A stretch of 64,000 nucleotides of DNA, taken from assembly GCA_965261345.1 (NCBI GenBank), contig OZ253449.1, positions 1-64,000 on the forward strand, given 5' to 3'. The notes beneath the pieces were generated by a model. It saw only the letters and a list, made by a program, of their open reading frames with translations, ran no database searches and had not been told where the DNA came from. Below, in pieces: positions 49,534-61,470 of the stretch. Position 1 is the stretch's first letter, and each line of letters begins with the position of its first letter. The position numbers were made by a program, and so were the translations under genes. This stretch comes from Chloroflexota bacterium. GTDB taxonomy: Bacteria; Chloroflexota; UBA11872; VXNJ01.

Positions 49534-49605
49534 GTTTTGGTGGTTGGTTCGGAAGTTGATCTCGCCACACCACCCGGAAGCCTATTGCTCGCCGTCTAGG
49601 TTCAG

Positions 49606-50319
49606 TTGGTCAATCGAATTGAAGGCAAGCAGTTGATTCGCTTGATTTGCTGGAACATGCAGCACAAGCGGGCCAGTTGGCAGTACTTGAGCGAGGACCG
49701 GGGAGACGTTGCCGTCGCTTTGTTGCAGGAGGCTTGCACGCCTCCTCCGGAAGTGGCGGCCGGTCTCGATGTGGGCATCGGTCCATGGGCGCACAAAGGA
49801 TGGAGCGGAGCGCGCGCGGTTATAGGTCTCTCGGATCAGGTCAGCATCGAGCGCATTCCAGTGGAAGAAATCATTGCAGCGGAGACGAACTCTGCTATCG
49901 ACTCACCTGCCAGGGTGGCTGTCGCGGTCGGGAAATTGGAAGGCAACGAGCAAATCGGACTCATATCCGTCGAATCGGCGGGCGAATCTACCGAGCGCAT
50001 TCCAGAAATGATGCTTGAAATCCAGCGGTTCTGTGGGATTGATCTGCCCTACATCGTCGGTGCTGATCTGACAACATCGTGGGACAGTGACACAAAGGTG
50101 TTCGGAGAAATGATGCGCATCGGGCTTCCCTTAATCGGACCGCACGCATCAACTTATTTCAATCCTGGTTTACGACAAAGTCGCTCTGACGCCAGCCTCC
50201 AGCTCGACTATGTGTTTGCGTCCCGATCGATTGCCAATCGGCTTTCAGTACATGCCCTAAACGATGCAGCTTGTTGGGGTCCCAGCGACCACTGCCAAAT
50301 CGCAATCGAATTGCAGTAA
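49606..50319 (+). CDS. endonuclease/exonuclease/phosphatase family protein
   Basis: CWNM, LLQE, GAD, LDYVF, PSDH. Confidence 0.8.
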   Translation: MVNRIEGKQLIRLICWNMQHKRASWQYLSEDRGDVAVALLQEACTPPPEVAAGLDVGIGPWAHKGWSGARAVIGLSDQVSIERIPVEEIIAAETNSAIDSPARVAVAVGKLEGNEQIGLISVESAGESTERIPEMMLEIQRFCGIDLPYIVGADLTTSWDSDTKVFGEMMRIGLPLIGPHASTYFNPGLRQSRSDASLQLDYVFASRSIANRLSVHALNDAACWGPSDHCQIAIELQ

Positions 50320-50658
50320 TCGTTGCAGGATGGCAACTACCACCGCCGTCCATCAATTTGATGGTTTTAAACCTCAACCGCGCGCGTCGGTCTGCTGGCA
50401 AGTCAGTCCGAAATCAAATGCCTGCGTGGCCTGAATTCGAATTCACGTCAGCCGAACCACCTCTGGCCCCAATGCATGGCGATCAACGGCAACGCCAATT
50501 GAAGAACAGCAACGCGTGTACTGCGACGGTGGCGTCGACTGGCCAATTCCCGCTGAACGGGGGGATGAGCTGGTGGGACGATCCCGCTCTTCCTCAATCT
50601 GCCCCACTCATTGCCGCGCGCAAATACTCCACGCCTGATCGAAAAGGAAACGGCACGC

Positions 50659-51223
50659 ATGCGAGACGCAGTAAACGGTCAACAAGTACGGGACACGCTC
50701 ATGCGGCGCTACGAATCCGCGCTCCTGGACAACGTCTACCGCGGTGATTATGTCGAGTGCTTGGTCGCGCTATCGCTCGGAATTGGTTGGGAACTTACCT
50801 GGGTTAGCGGGTGGGATTGGGCCGCTTGGGACATTGAGCACGAGTCCGGCGCCCGGATCGAAGTGAAACAGTCCGCGGCCAGACAGCGCTGGGATCGAAC
50901 GCTGGAGGCGCCGATCCGTCGCCCTCGATTTGATATCGCCCCCCCGCGAAGGATTCTGGCCTAGAGATGGTAGCGCTTGGATGCAATTCCAAGAGCCGTC
51001 ACGGCCTGCCGATATATACGTGTTGGCGTGGCACGGTGAGCGCCAGAACAAATTGGCAAACCACTGTGATCCTTTGCAGTGGCAATTTTTTGTCGTACCT
51101 GAGAAACGTTTGCCGAAATCGCAAAAATCCATCGGCTTGGCTGGGATCGAGCGAATCGCTCCGTCGTGTCGAATCAACGAACTCCGAGATTCGGTGATGG
51201 CCGTGTGGCCCCAAATTGGATGA
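50659..51223 (+). pseudogene. putative PD-(D/E)xK-like protein, frameshifted at a C7 run
   Basis: RG..VE, WDI...IEVKQSA; continues in another frame ADIYVLA...QWQFFVVP. Confidence 0.5.
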
Positions 51224-51661
51224 TCTCAAAGCGCAATCCCTTTTGAACCGCGACCTGATTCGCCGCCCAGCGTAGAGTCGTCCTTTGCGCCAAGGAACCT
51301 AGGCTGCTGAATCGGGGGCCGAAAGCGAGTCGGTCCAATATATTGAGTAATATGTCTACCGGCAGCGATTGAATCCGCGGACGAGGGTGTTTTTCCTGAG
51401 GGGATTTGGGTCATTACTTCTACGACCCAATTGCATGCCAATGCAGCTTAATGCGCCGTTTGGTTAGTTCTCGGGGAAGACTTTTTAAGGGAGGATAACT
51501 GCCGCAGAATTCCAGAAACGGCCGTTTGACCCGGCGGCGGCGGCCGGTGCAATCAATACCGATGCCACCGCCAACATTCCGCCGGCGACCGCTACTGGAA
51601 TTGGTGCACCCAATGTTGGACCCAAACTATTGCCAAGAATAGATTCGCGAATTCGCGCCTA

Positions 51662-53419
51662 ATGCAAGAGAACTTCGGTGCAATCTCAGCGCGGTCGGTA
51701 CTCGCCTGGGCTGGTCCATTGAATTACAGGCTCGGACGGTACATCGCTGCGGCAGGGGAGATATTTGATTGCCGCCGCGACGGCGCATCAATCGTAGCGT
51801 TCTGTCAGGAGATTTCGCCGCCGCCTTGGCGGGTTCAGGCGAAATTACACGGTGGCGACGTAGAAGCAGCCTCGTGCACCTGCGCGGGTGGGGCATCGGG
51901 TCGCTGCCCTCACGTTGTGGCAGTTCTGCTCGCCTTCCAATCGGACCCTGGGCGATTCGAAGCAACAAACACCCGTGATTTCGCCCTTGAGAGCCAAAGC
52001 AAATCCGAACTGATCGAAATCATCCATCGATTGCTCTCGCTACGGCCAAGCCCCCAAGATCGCCTGCAAACGTACCCGGCGTCAGTGGCCCAGGAGAACG
52101 GCCCGACCGATCTGCCGACTTTGCGGCGATACGCTTCGTACGCATTCATGGTTCGTGATTGCGAATACGAAACTGCAATCAGAGTGGCGGACGATCTTGA
52201 AAGATCGCTCAAGACTGGCAACGATTCCCTCGCGGACGGAGGCTACCAAAAAGCACACATCATTTTTTTGGCCGTGGTGCTTGCGATCCTCGATTATTCG
52301 GAGGTGGTTACGGTCCTGGTAAATCAAGACGATGGCGAGTTATTGGCAGTCCTGAAGCATGCCATCGCAAGCCTCGCGGACGGATTGATCGGCCATGAAA
52401 GCGATGCAGCCACAAGAAAAAAGGCCCTGGGAACGCTGTTCGATGCACACATGGAGGATCTCAATTACGGCGGCAGTATGTTCAGCGGCAAAGCGGGGGA
52501 GATGATTGTTGAACACGCCACCGAAGTCGAAAGGGCATCGCTAGTCGCCTGGATTCGGGGCGGAATGCCTACGGGCCAAACATGGCCGGATCACGTGCGG
52601 CGACAGTTGCGCGGCAGATTCTTGTTGGAAGTTGGCCAAAGGGACTTGGACGAGGAATCCGCACTCCAAATCTGCCGGGAATGCGGATTAGCGGCTGAAC
52701 TTACCGATCGCCTGCTGTCGTCGGGAAGATTTGAGGACGCCCTTGATGAGATCGGGAGCGTGTGGGAGTCTGATTTGCCGGAAATTGGCGAGGCTTTTCG
52801 TCGCCACGGATATGCAGACATCATCCTGCCCTGGTTGGACGAACGCTTCAAGACGCGCCGGGATCGCAAGCTCGCCGAATGGCTAAAGCGAATGCACCTC
52901 GATCGTGCGGAGTATGGGGCGGCATTGCCGATGGCGGAATTTTTGTTTGAAGGCGATCCTGGAGTCGCAGAATATCTGGAATTTCGCGACCTGGCAGTAA
53001 AGGCCGGGAAATGGGACCGGAACCGGCCGCGGGCGCTGATCAAGTTCATGTCCGCTGCCGATGTAGACCTACTTGCGGACGTTTACTTTGAAGCGGGCGA
53101 GTTCGAATCATCGGTCGAGTTAGCCGCACACTGGGACGTTGGGGATTGGTACCTGGAACGCCTAAACCAGGTAGTGGAAGAATTCGCCGAATCCAATCCC
53201 GGGCAATCGGCAGCGAATTTCCGCCGCTTGGCCGAGATTTGCATTGAACGCCGTGGTCGCAAGAACTATCAAAAAGCCTGCAAGCTTCTGATAAGAGCGC
53301 GAGATCTCATGCTGCGGATGAAACTTGATTCCGATTGGCAAGAATTCATCGCTGAGTTGCGGCAGCGCAACGATTTCTTACCGGCGTTGCGGGACGAACT
53401 AGCCCGTTTTGGGATATGA
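51662..53419 (+). CDS. SWIM zinc-finger helical-repeat protein
   Basis: CTC...CPH SWIM motif; C-terminal RKNY..A...PALRDEL. Confidence 0.75.
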   Translation: MQENFGAISARSVLAWAGPLNYRLGRYIAAAGEIFDCRRDGASIVAFCQEISPPPWRVQAKLHGGDVEAASCTCAGGASGRCPHVVAVLLAFQSDPGRFEATNTRDFALESQSKSELIEIIHRLLSLRPSPQDRLQTYPASVAQENGPTDLPTLRRYASYAFMVRDCEYETAIRVADDLERSLKTGNDSLADGGYQKAHIIFLAVVLAILDYSEVVTVLVNQDDGELLAVLKHAIASLADGLIGHESDAATRKKALGTLFDAHMEDLNYGGSMFSGKAGEMIVEHATEVERASLVAWIRGGMPTGQTWPDHVRRQLRGRFLLEVGQRDLDEESALQICRECGLAAELTDRLLSSGRFEDALDEIGSVWESDLPEIGEAFRRHGYADIILPWLDERFKTRRDRKLAEWLKRMHLDRAEYGAALPMAEFLFEGDPGVAEYLEFRDLAVKAGKWDRNRPRALIKFMSAADVDLLADVYFEAGEFESSVELAAHWDVGDWYLERLNQVVEEFAESNPGQSAANFRRLAEICIERRGRKNYQKACKLLIRARDLMLRMKLDSDWQEFIAELRQRNDFLPALRDELARFGI

Positions 53420-53598
53420 CGCATTTGTACTCGGCCAAGTGTTAGCGAACCTAAGGGCAGCTTGTTTGCGGGAAGGTGCGAATTCGGCTTGCGGTTACGA
53501 GAATCTCGAAAACAGAATTAGGGTGGTTGACGATTTGGGACAATCCTGCGAGTGTCAATCAACAATCGAATCCAATTCAGACATGAAAGCCTGTTGCA

Positions 53599-53883
53599 GT
53601 GATTCGCCCGGTCGAAGCTGAACCTCGGCCCAATTACCGGTTAAGGCTTAGGTACTCGAACGGTGCCGACGGCGAGGTGGATCTTTCGCACTTGGTCGGA
53701 ATCGGCGCGTTCAAAGCCTGGAACGACGAATCTCATTTTTTGAATGTGCGAATTACGTCTTACGGTGCGGTTGCATGGGCCAATGACATCGAGCTTTGTC
53801 CAGATGCGTTGTACTCGCAGCTGCCCGGCCGAACGCTGTCGGAGTTGACGCAAGGGGAGTCTGCGCCAGCACCTAGTGCCTGA
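53599..53883 (+). CDS. DUF2442-like protein; DUF4160-like remnant follows (~53880-54100)
   Basis: YRL.L.YSNG..G.VDL...AVAW..DIELCPDALY. Confidence 0.7.
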   Translation: MIRPVEAEPRPNYRLRLRYSNGADGEVDLSHLVGIGAFKAWNDESHFLNVRITSYGAVAWANDIELCPDALYSQLPGRTLSELTQGESAPAPSA

Positions 53884-54192
53884 ACTCTCCAAGTTGTGCG
53901 ACGATTACAATCCGCCTCACTTCCATGCCGCGGACGGAGTTTGAGGCCGTATACCAACTCGGCTCATTGTCAATGCTGCGGGGACGCCTTCCGCTTCGGG
54001 CCGACAACCTCGTCCTGGAGTGGGCGGCCGGGAACCAAGCTGCCATTGAATCCGCTTGGCAAAGTGTTCAAGCCAACTAGCCGCCCGCAACGATTGGATG
54101 ACCAGAAGTGCAGCAACGGATTGGTGGTGCGATTGCCGAAGACCGTGCGTTTCCGTTGTAGTCTTGTACATCCAAGCGACGTACGATTACTT

Positions 54193-54472
54193 CATGGACA
54201 CTGAATCTAAAACTGGCCGTTGGTCGATCCGGGTTTCTCCAAGCGATGACATGATCGTGCGCCGCGTTATCGCTCGCAGCCGGATGTCACTCAACGAATA
54301 TGTCGTGCGGAACGCCGTCTCGGCCGCGATTGCCGACCTGTCCGATCGCCGGCTATTTACGCTGTCGGCGGGAGAATGGGAAGAACTGCAAAGGGTTCTT
54401 GATCGACCCACTGTTTCCAAGCCCAGACTCGCCGAACTACTAGCTCAACCCTCAGTCCTTGAAACGGATTGA
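54193..54472 (+). CDS. DUF1778 (TacA/AtaR-like) antitoxin
   Basis: RHH N-terminus; F.LS..EW......LDRP....PRL. Confidence 0.8.
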
Positions 54473-54954
54473 GTACTTACCAGGGTCCGGAACTACTTAC
54501 TGCGGACCATGACGCGGATCGCTTCGACTGCGGCGACGAATCGCTAAATGAGTGGCTCCGGCTGCGCGCGATGCGCAACCAGGGGGATGGTTCCAGCCGG
54601 ACTTGGGTAGTCGCTTACGGCGGCCGTGTAGTTGCCTACTACGCGTCAAGCACCGCGGTGCTTGCTCGCGAGACAGCCGCTGGCCGAATCAGGCGCAACC
54701 AGCCGGAACCATTGCCGGCGATGTTGTTAGGTCGCCTCGCCGTCGATCGAGATCACCAGGGAAAGGGGTTGGCCGCGGCATTGCTGAAGCACTTTTTGGG
54801 CAAAGCCTTGGAAGTGTCCGAGCTAACCGGTCTCAGATTGGTGTTGGTGCATGCCAAAAGCGCGCAGGCGGCAGACTTCTACAGCCATTTTGGTTTCCAG
54901 GCATCCTCGTTTGATGACCTCACTTTCATGCTGCTGCTTAGTGACATTCGATAG
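54469..54954 (+). CDS. GNAT toxin (TacT/AtaT-like)
   Basis: FDCG.ESLNEWL, LLGRLAVD..HQGKG, VHAK..A..FY.HFGF. Confidence 0.85.
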   Translation: MSTYQGPELLTADHDADRFDCGDESLNEWLRLRAMRNQGDGSSRTWVVAYGGRVVAYYASSTAVLARETAAGRIRRNQPEPLPAMLLGRLAVDRDHQGKGLAAALLKHFLGKALEVSELTGLRLVLVHAKSAQAADFYSHFGFQASSFDDLTFMLLLSDIR

Positions 54955-55236
54955 TCCCGATTTTGGCAGTCGTAGTCGCACCTAGAAGAGCCCCAAACAT
55001 TGGAGTCCGAATCAATTTCGCATTGCCAAGTCGAAATTAACTCCAAGCAGATCCGGCGCGTGGCCGGATCGCCCCGCACTACAAACCGCTCCCGACCCTC
55101 CCTCGCATCGCCGAAGTTCGATGCGATGGATTTAGGATTGGAACTAAAAGGGGTTCGGTCTAGTCCCGACGCAACCCACGGCGGACCCTACTCACCATCA
55201 ATCATGATTGGGTGATGGATAAGGCAGCCGGAGCGA

Positions 55237-56637
55237 TTGGCCATGGATTCCGCAATTGATCGTAATGCCATCACCGCCCGGTTTACGAGAAGGCGCGCGT
55301 TGTCTCTTATATGGGGGCTAGGCGCATCGTCTCTGCTCGCCGCCTGCGATCAGGCTGGAGCGGTAGCTCCGGTGTCGCCAACCCCCTCCCCGACACAACA
55401 GGCGCCTGCACCATCTCCGACTCCGAACGCAGATCAGGACGCGCTGCCTGCTGAACCTATACCGAGGCCGTTCGACGGGGTTGAGATCAAATTCGCGTTC
55501 CCATATTGGAATCCCACCGGAGAAGAAGCAATTCAGGCCGAAATTGTCAAGTTCGAAGCGCTTACCGGAATCTTCGTGGATCCGGATTTTTCGGGCCCGT
55601 GCACCTGGCCAAGGTCAAGTCCGTGCCCTAATCCTGACATTTGGTCCGGCCCCTCTTTGTGGTTACCACCGCTAGCATCCAGAGGCCAACTACTCGAATT
55701 AGACGATTACGTAGCCACCTGGGACGAATGGGACGATTTCTACCCGATCACAAGGGAAGACGTAACTTACGACGGCCACGTCTACGGAATCCCTTTCCAC
55801 ACTAACTACCGCGGCTCGGTTGTTTTTCGACCCTCCTTGTTTGAAGCCGCTGGTCTGCCTACCGAACCACCTTCCACCTGGGATGAGCTAAACGAAATCG
55901 CACCCAAGCTCACCATCCGCGACGGCGAGACCTTCGAGCAGGCCGGATTCAACGTGCAGCACCACTCCCAGGAATATGAGGACTGGCTTATCCAGGCCGG
56001 CGGATCGGTGTTCAATGCAGACTTGACTCAGCCGCGCAACAATACTCCTGCGGGTCACGCCGCCCTTTACCAGCATGTGCGGCACGGTCTTGTCGATGAA
56101 TCCATGCCGATTGGAGGGATGGATTCAGGCGTTCCCAACCTGCATGCCTTCTGCGCCGGCAATGTGGCTATCCAGCAACTCTGGCCCGGCTGGGTTAGCA
56201 ACTGCGAGAACCAAGCCCCCGAAGTTTTTGCCGACCTGGAGGTAGGCCCACCTCTTCAGGGTCCCCGCCAAAGGGCGATGCAACTTTACGTCATCCAATA
56301 CATGGGCAGGAAGCTGACCAAGCACCCTGACGCGGTGTTTGAAACCTTAAAGTACTTTTCTTCATCAGGCCCCAACTACGAAATTTACGACCACCGCGAT
56401 CGTTACATGCCCTGCCGCATGGCGACGGAGGATTACGACCTATATGCATCCGACCCTTGGAAGACATTTGCCAGCAACGTCAAATTCACCCAGTTGCGCC
56501 AGGTCTTGCCCGTGCATATCGACATCCAATCGGCGATGAGCCGCTTGGTGGAGCCAGCCGCTCTTGGTGAGGTCTCGGTCGAAGAGGCGCTGGAGGGAAT
56601 GGACGAGAAGATTCTGGAGATCATGGCCGGATCTTGA
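55237..56637 (+). CDS. carbohydrate ABC transporter solute-binding lipoprotein (Tat signal)
   Basis: TRRRAL...LAAC lipobox; YDGHVYGIP; PSTWDEL. Confidence 0.8.
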   Translation: MAMDSAIDRNAITARFTRRRALSLIWGLGASSLLAACDQAGAVAPVSPTPSPTQQAPAPSPTPNADQDALPAEPIPRPFDGVEIKFAFPYWNPTGEEAIQAEIVKFEALTGIFVDPDFSGPCTWPRSSPCPNPDIWSGPSLWLPPLASRGQLLELDDYVATWDEWDDFYPITREDVTYDGHVYGIPFHTNYRGSVVFRPSLFEAAGLPTEPPSTWDELNEIAPKLTIRDGETFEQAGFNVQHHSQEYEDWLIQAGGSVFNADLTQPRNNTPAGHAALYQHVRHGLVDESMPIGGMDSGVPNLHAFCAGNVAIQQLWPGWVSNCENQAPEVFADLEVGPPLQGPRQRAMQLYVIQYMGRKLTKHPDAVFETLKYFSSSGPNYEIYDHRDRYMPCRMATEDYDLYASDPWKTFASNVKFTQLRQVLPVHIDIQSAMSRLVEPAALGEVSVEEALEGMDEKILEIMAGS

Positions 56638-58732
56638 GACTGTGTGACCAACGTCAATGAATCTGCCCGAGTACCGTTGATTCACCCAAAAATTCGATCG
56701 AAGCCGCGAGTGATTCAATCCGACGCGCATGATAGCCGCCGGAACCGGCCGAGATGTGGAAGTAGGCGGTCGCAGGTGGATTCTGGATGCGATTCGCCGC
56801 TCCGAAAGGCGATTCAACGAGAGCTCCCCTGGCAACGGGCGCAGCCGGTACGAATGACGCCTCAGCGGACGCCCGCCCCGAGACGGGACAACGAATTGGC
56901 CCCTGATCCGCCTCGCAGGTCGAAAACGACAGAAGCCGGATTACCAACGCCATTACCCATCGACACAACGCTCGATTAGCGATCGTGGCCCGCCACGTGG
57001 TGTAACAGCTCCAGCCTGCTGACGAATTAACGCCAGCAGCGCACGGTAAATAAAAGGGCCACCGTGCGCTCCTCAAAATGAAGAAACTTCACCTTCTTCA
57101 TCGAGGAACCATCGATGGCCCAAGATCATTATGCTGCCCTTTTCACCAAGCTGTCCGAGGAGGGCTTTGACAGCCGCGAGTTCGTCCGCCGACTCGTCGA
57201 GCGCGGCCTCCAGGATTTAATCGACGCCGGGGTGGCCGCCCACATCGGGGCGGACCCCCACGAGCGCACTGCGAGACGCACGAACCGCCTCTGGCGGCAA
57301 GCGCACCCGCACCCTCCACCACCCAGGCCGGCGACATCGCGATCGACCTGCCCAAGCTGCGCGCGGGCAGCTGGTTCCCGGAGTTCTTAGAACCGCGCCG
57401 GCGGGTCGATCAGGCCCTGTACGCGGTGGTGATGACCGCCTACATCAGCGGGACTTCCACCCGCAAGGTGGACCGGCTGGTGAAGTCCCTGGGCTCGGGA
57501 CACGGCATCTCCAAGTCTTAAGGTGCCAGCGGATCTGCAAGCGCATCGACGCCCAGGTAAAGGCCTTCCGGGAACGCGACCTGGGACTTGCCAACTACCC
57601 CTACCTGTACCTGGACGCCACCTACGTGAAGGCCCGCCACCGCCACCAGGTCCGCTCGCGGGCGCGGGCGCTGGCCATCGGAGTCACCGGCGACGGCCGC
57701 CGCGAGGTGCTGGGCTTTGCCGTCGGCGACGGCGAGGACCTGCCCTTCTGGGAGGACTTCCTTAGCTCACTGGCGGATCGGGTCCTTACGGGGGTGAAGC
57801 TGGTGATCTCGGACGCCCACTCGTCCATCAAGGCCGCGGTGCGGACCCGGCTGCCGGGCGCGGCCTGGCAGGCCTGCCGGATCCACTTTGGCCGCAACAT
57901 CGCCCGGCGGGCCGGCTGCCGGCCGAACCAGCGCCGGGCGATGGCCGCCTTCTCCACCATCTACAACCAGGCCGACCGCGAAATGGCGGTAGCCCGCTAC
58001 CACTACTTCGCCGCGGCGATGGAGAAGCTCGCCCCGCGCCTGGGGGACTACGTCGACGACAGAGAGGTGGAGCTGACCGCCTACGCCGATTTCCCGCCGG
58101 TGCACTGGCGGGAAGATCTGGTCCACCAATCCCCTGGAGCGCCTCATGGCCGAGATCTGAGCGGCGCAGCCGGGTGGTGCAGATCTTCCACGGGTGACGA
58201 ATCGGTCGTGCGCCTGGCGGGGGCGATCCTGTGCGAGCTCAAGCGACGAATGGATCGCCTCCGAGCGCCGCTACATGTCCCAGGAGTCGATGCGGCAGAT
58301 CGGGAAGGTGGTGGCCCACCGTGACGATATCGACGGGCAGACCGGGCAGCTGGTGGCGGCGCCCAGGGACTGGGCCCTGCAAAGAGCCAAAGAGATCTAC
58401 ATGTAGACGGCCGGCGGCGGGATGAGCTCTCCGCCGTCTCCCGGAAGGGCTGCGCGCCCGAGGGTCCCCGGGATCGGTGCGCCCGGCGATCCCGTTTGGC
58501 GATGCGGCACGGGGCACAATTGGGCTGCGGCCGCACTGCCGCACGAAAACACATCCACTCAGCAGGATCAGCGCCCCCGGAGAGTCTCCTACAACAACTG
58601 CCGGCCCTTGCCGGCAGCATCGGCCTCGAGGCCGATGCTGCCGCACCCCATCAAAGTAGAGGGAGCCGGACTTACTTACACCTACCGAGGGGACACGTGA
58701 ACAACGCCGGTTACTTCTGCAGGGAACGTCAG

Positions 58733-59506
58733 TTACTTTTGCAGAGTTTTCTCCCGGATTATTTCCTCCTTCTCTAGCCCAGTCCGGTAACTGGGTACGT
58801 CAAATTCAAGCACCACGGCGTGATGGACGATTCGGTCGGCCGCCGCCGCGGTGGCCATCGGGTTGGGAAAGATCTTGCCCCATTCGCTAAAGACCAGGTT
58901 CGAGGTGATCCCAATCGAGCGCCGCTCGTAGCGCTCGGCGATCAACGTAAACAGCACCTCGGCCTCATCGGTCCCCTGCGGCAGGTAACCCAGATCGTCG
59001 ATGATGATCAGGTCGATGTAGTCGAGCTTGCGCAACAGCCGGGGCAGTTCCAGGTCGCGCTTGGCCGCCAGAAGTTCCTGCACCAGCCGGTAGGCGGGTG
59101 CAAACAGCACCGATCGGCCGTTCTCGACCAGCTTGTGTCCGATCGCACACAGGGCATGGGTCTTGCCGGTCCCGGGCAGGCCGAAGGCCAGGACGTTGAC
59201 GGCCCCGTCCAGGAACTGACCCTCGAGCAGGTCCTGGAGCTGGGCGCTGAGCGGCGGCGGCAGGTTCTGGCGATCGAAGTTGTCCCAGGTCTTCCCCGGC
59301 GGGAGCTTGGAGGACTTGCGCAGCCGGTCCACCCGGCGCTGGCGCCGATCGTCCATCTCCTGGCAGAAGACTTCGAGCAGGGTATCGAGCGCGTCGACAT
59401 GACCGGCATCTACGAAGCGCTCAACCGCCTCGGTCCCGATCGTGGGCAGCCGCAGCTCCTTGCACATGAGCTTTATCTGCCGGGCGGCAACGGATGGCGC
59501 GGTCAT
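58733..59506 (-). CDS. istB: IS21 helper ATPase
   Basis: GLPGTGKTH, IIDDLGY, DRIVHH. Confidence 0.92.
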   Translation of the reverse strand: MTAPSVAARQIKLMCKELRLPTIGTEAVERFVDAGHVDALDTLLEVFCQEMDDRRQRRVDRLRKSSKLPPGKTWDNFDRQNLPPPLSAQLQDLLEGQFLDGAVNVLAFGLPGTGKTHALCAIGHKLVENGRSVLFAPAYRLVQELLAAKRDLELPRLLRKLDYIDLIIIDDLGYLPQGTDEAEVLFTLIAERYERRSIGITSNLVFSEWGKIFPNPMATAAAADRIVHHAVVLEFDVPSYRTGLEKEEIIREKTLQK

Positions 59507-60993
59507 CGTCGGGCCCCGGTAAGCAAACGATCGTAGATTGCCAGGTCGGGTGTTGCCAGGGATGCCAGCTCGGGTATCGACGGCGAGCGCGGCGCGACCA
59601 GATCGCGCACGTCCTGACAGTCGAAGCGCTCGCCCTTATCCAGGAGTCCGGCCAGGGCCCTGGCCACGTCGGCCTCCATGGTTGTGGCCGCCAGTTGCAG
59701 GATGCGCAGGTAATTGACGTCGGCGCTGTGCCGGCCGCGCCACCCCAGGAGCGCATCGTAGGCGCGGCGGAAGGTAAGGGTGGGAAAGAGCTGGTCGCGC
59801 CAGCGGTAGCGGGCAAATGCGCCCGGTTTCCTAACCAGCGAGGCGATTACGTGGCGGTAATTGACGCGGGCGCGCCGGGCGCCGCTGACGCGCTCGATGC
59901 GCTCGATGAAACTTCCCTTGTAGTAGACGTCCAGGTGCTCGGGGTAGAGACGGGCTTCCACCTTTTGCCCGATCAGGCGCGGTGGTACCGTGTAGGTGCG
60001 ATTGGAGACCCTGATGGTGCTCCATTTGCGCACCCGAGCCTGGTACGTGACGTAATCGGGCAGGGGAGTCGGCGGTAGGGGCCGAAGGTGTGAGCGCTCA
60101 ATCTCCGTCCTGGCCGCTGCCGCCCGGTTCTTTTTGTCGACTATCGCCAGCACGAAGTCCCGGTAGTCGCCGACGCAGTAAAAGTCCGAACTCCCGCGCA
60201 GCAGCAGCTCCTGCCGCAAAAGATTCTTCATCCGCCGGTGGGCCTGCTCCACGACCCCGTTCTCGTGCGCCTTGCGCGGATTGGTGCGAGTTGACTTTAA
60301 GCCGTAGTGCTCCAGAAGCTGGCGATAGGTCCGGTTCAGGGTCCGGCCGCCGGTCTTCCGCAGCTCGTGGGTGACCGCCGAGAGGTTGTCGGAACGGATG
60401 ATCTGCGGGGTCCCGCCCAGCTCGTAGAGAGCGTGCTGCAATCCCGACTTGAGGGACATGAAGCTCTCGGTCGAGGAAAGCTCGACGTAGCGCCACCCGG
60501 AGTGGGAGAGCACGAACTCGAACAGGAGATGCGGGAAGGGCGTCCCGGCGATCGTCACCTCCAGCTTGCTGGCGCTGGTGAAGTCCAGCTGCGCCTCCCT
60601 TCCCGGCGGATGGACCTGGGGGAAGTAGACCTCCCGGTCGGGGCCGGAGAGCGCCCGCCAATCGCGGACCCGGCGCTGCAGGGTGCGCAGTTGTGCTGAC
60701 GAGAACCGATCCGGGTACTTGCCGCAGAGCCGCTCCAGGATGGTGGTGGCCTGCAGTACCCCGTTGCGGTCGCTTTGCAGGAGCGGCACGACCTCCTCTT
60801 CCCATACCCCTCCGAAGGGATCGGGGTGGGTGCGCCAGTGGCGATCTTGCCTTTTGCTATCGGACGGGAGCTTCCCTTCGCGCCAGTTATGGCCCGAGCG
60901 CGCGCTCATCCCGGCCGCCGCCGCGGCGGTGGCCATCTTCTTGCCTTGCATCAGTTGCAGCCTCAGTAGTGTGACTTGTCGATCGGTGACCAA
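59503..60993 (-). CDS. istA: IS21 transposase
   Basis: PGREAQLDF, SDNLS, HENG.VE; ATGA overlap with istB. Confidence 0.92.
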   Translation of the reverse strand: MVTDRQVTLLRLQLMQGKKMATAAAAAGMSARSGHNWREGKLPSDSKRQDRHWRTHPDPFGGVWEEEVVPLLQSDRNGVLQATTILERLCGKYPDRFSSAQLRTLQRRVRDWRALSGPDREVYFPQVHPPGREAQLDFTSASKLEVTIAGTPFPHLLFEFVLSHSGWRYVELSSTESFMSLKSGLQHALYELGGTPQIIRSDNLSAVTHELRKTGGRTLNRTYRQLLEHYGLKSTRTNPRKAHENGVVEQAHRRMKNLLRQELLLRGSSDFYCVGDYRDFVLAIVDKKNRAAAARTEIERSHLRPLPPTPLPDYVTYQARVRKWSTIRVSNRTYTVPPRLIGQKVEARLYPEHLDVYYKGSFIERIERVSGARRARVNYRHVIASLVRKPGAFARYRWRDQLFPTLTFRRAYDALLGWRGRHSADVNYLRILQLAATTMEADVARALAGLLDKGERFDCQDVRDLVAPRSPSIPELASLATPDLAIYDRLLTGARR

Positions 60994-61470
60994 ATCGGCG
61001 CCTCCAGTCGGGAGATCTCCAATCAGTCATATCAATAGGGCTGCAAAAGTAACTGTCGTCAGTTCTGCAAAAGTAACTGCCGTCGAACAGACACGACCCG
61101 ATTAGCAAGTGTCAACTGAATTCCTTGAGAAAGCTAGCGTTGTCGCGAATGAGCATTCGGTCAAACGGGGCACAAGAGCAAATCGCAATTATGGAAACCG
61201 GTCAATCAATCGTGGCGGAAGTCGACGAATTGGCCGGGGAGATTCTGGAATTTGGCAGGGTAGCAACGAATTCCGCTCTTGGCGGTTCTTGCTTTCCTGC
61301 TGGGCGCCCACACCATTTCACCAAGTGCGGCCCATATCTATGTAGCGCAGTGATTCAACTGGATTGGGGCCGGTAGCCCAATTTCGTAGTTGCCTGCCCA
61401 TCAACTGGCGTTCAATAGTTGCAGGTAGGTGCTGACTGCGCCAGCCACCTGCAAGCGAGGCTTAGGAAAC

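Larger units (their letters stand above)
58698..61089 (-). mobile_element. IS21-family element
   Basis: TG...CA ends with repeated GTTACTTTTGCAG; 6-bp TSD GACACG. Confidence 0.92.
56981..61098 (+). mobile_element. IS256-family element (decayed transposase 57115-58406) with IS21 in its right IR
   Basis: 8-bp TSD CGATTAGC at 56973-56980 and 61099-61106. Confidence 0.85.
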
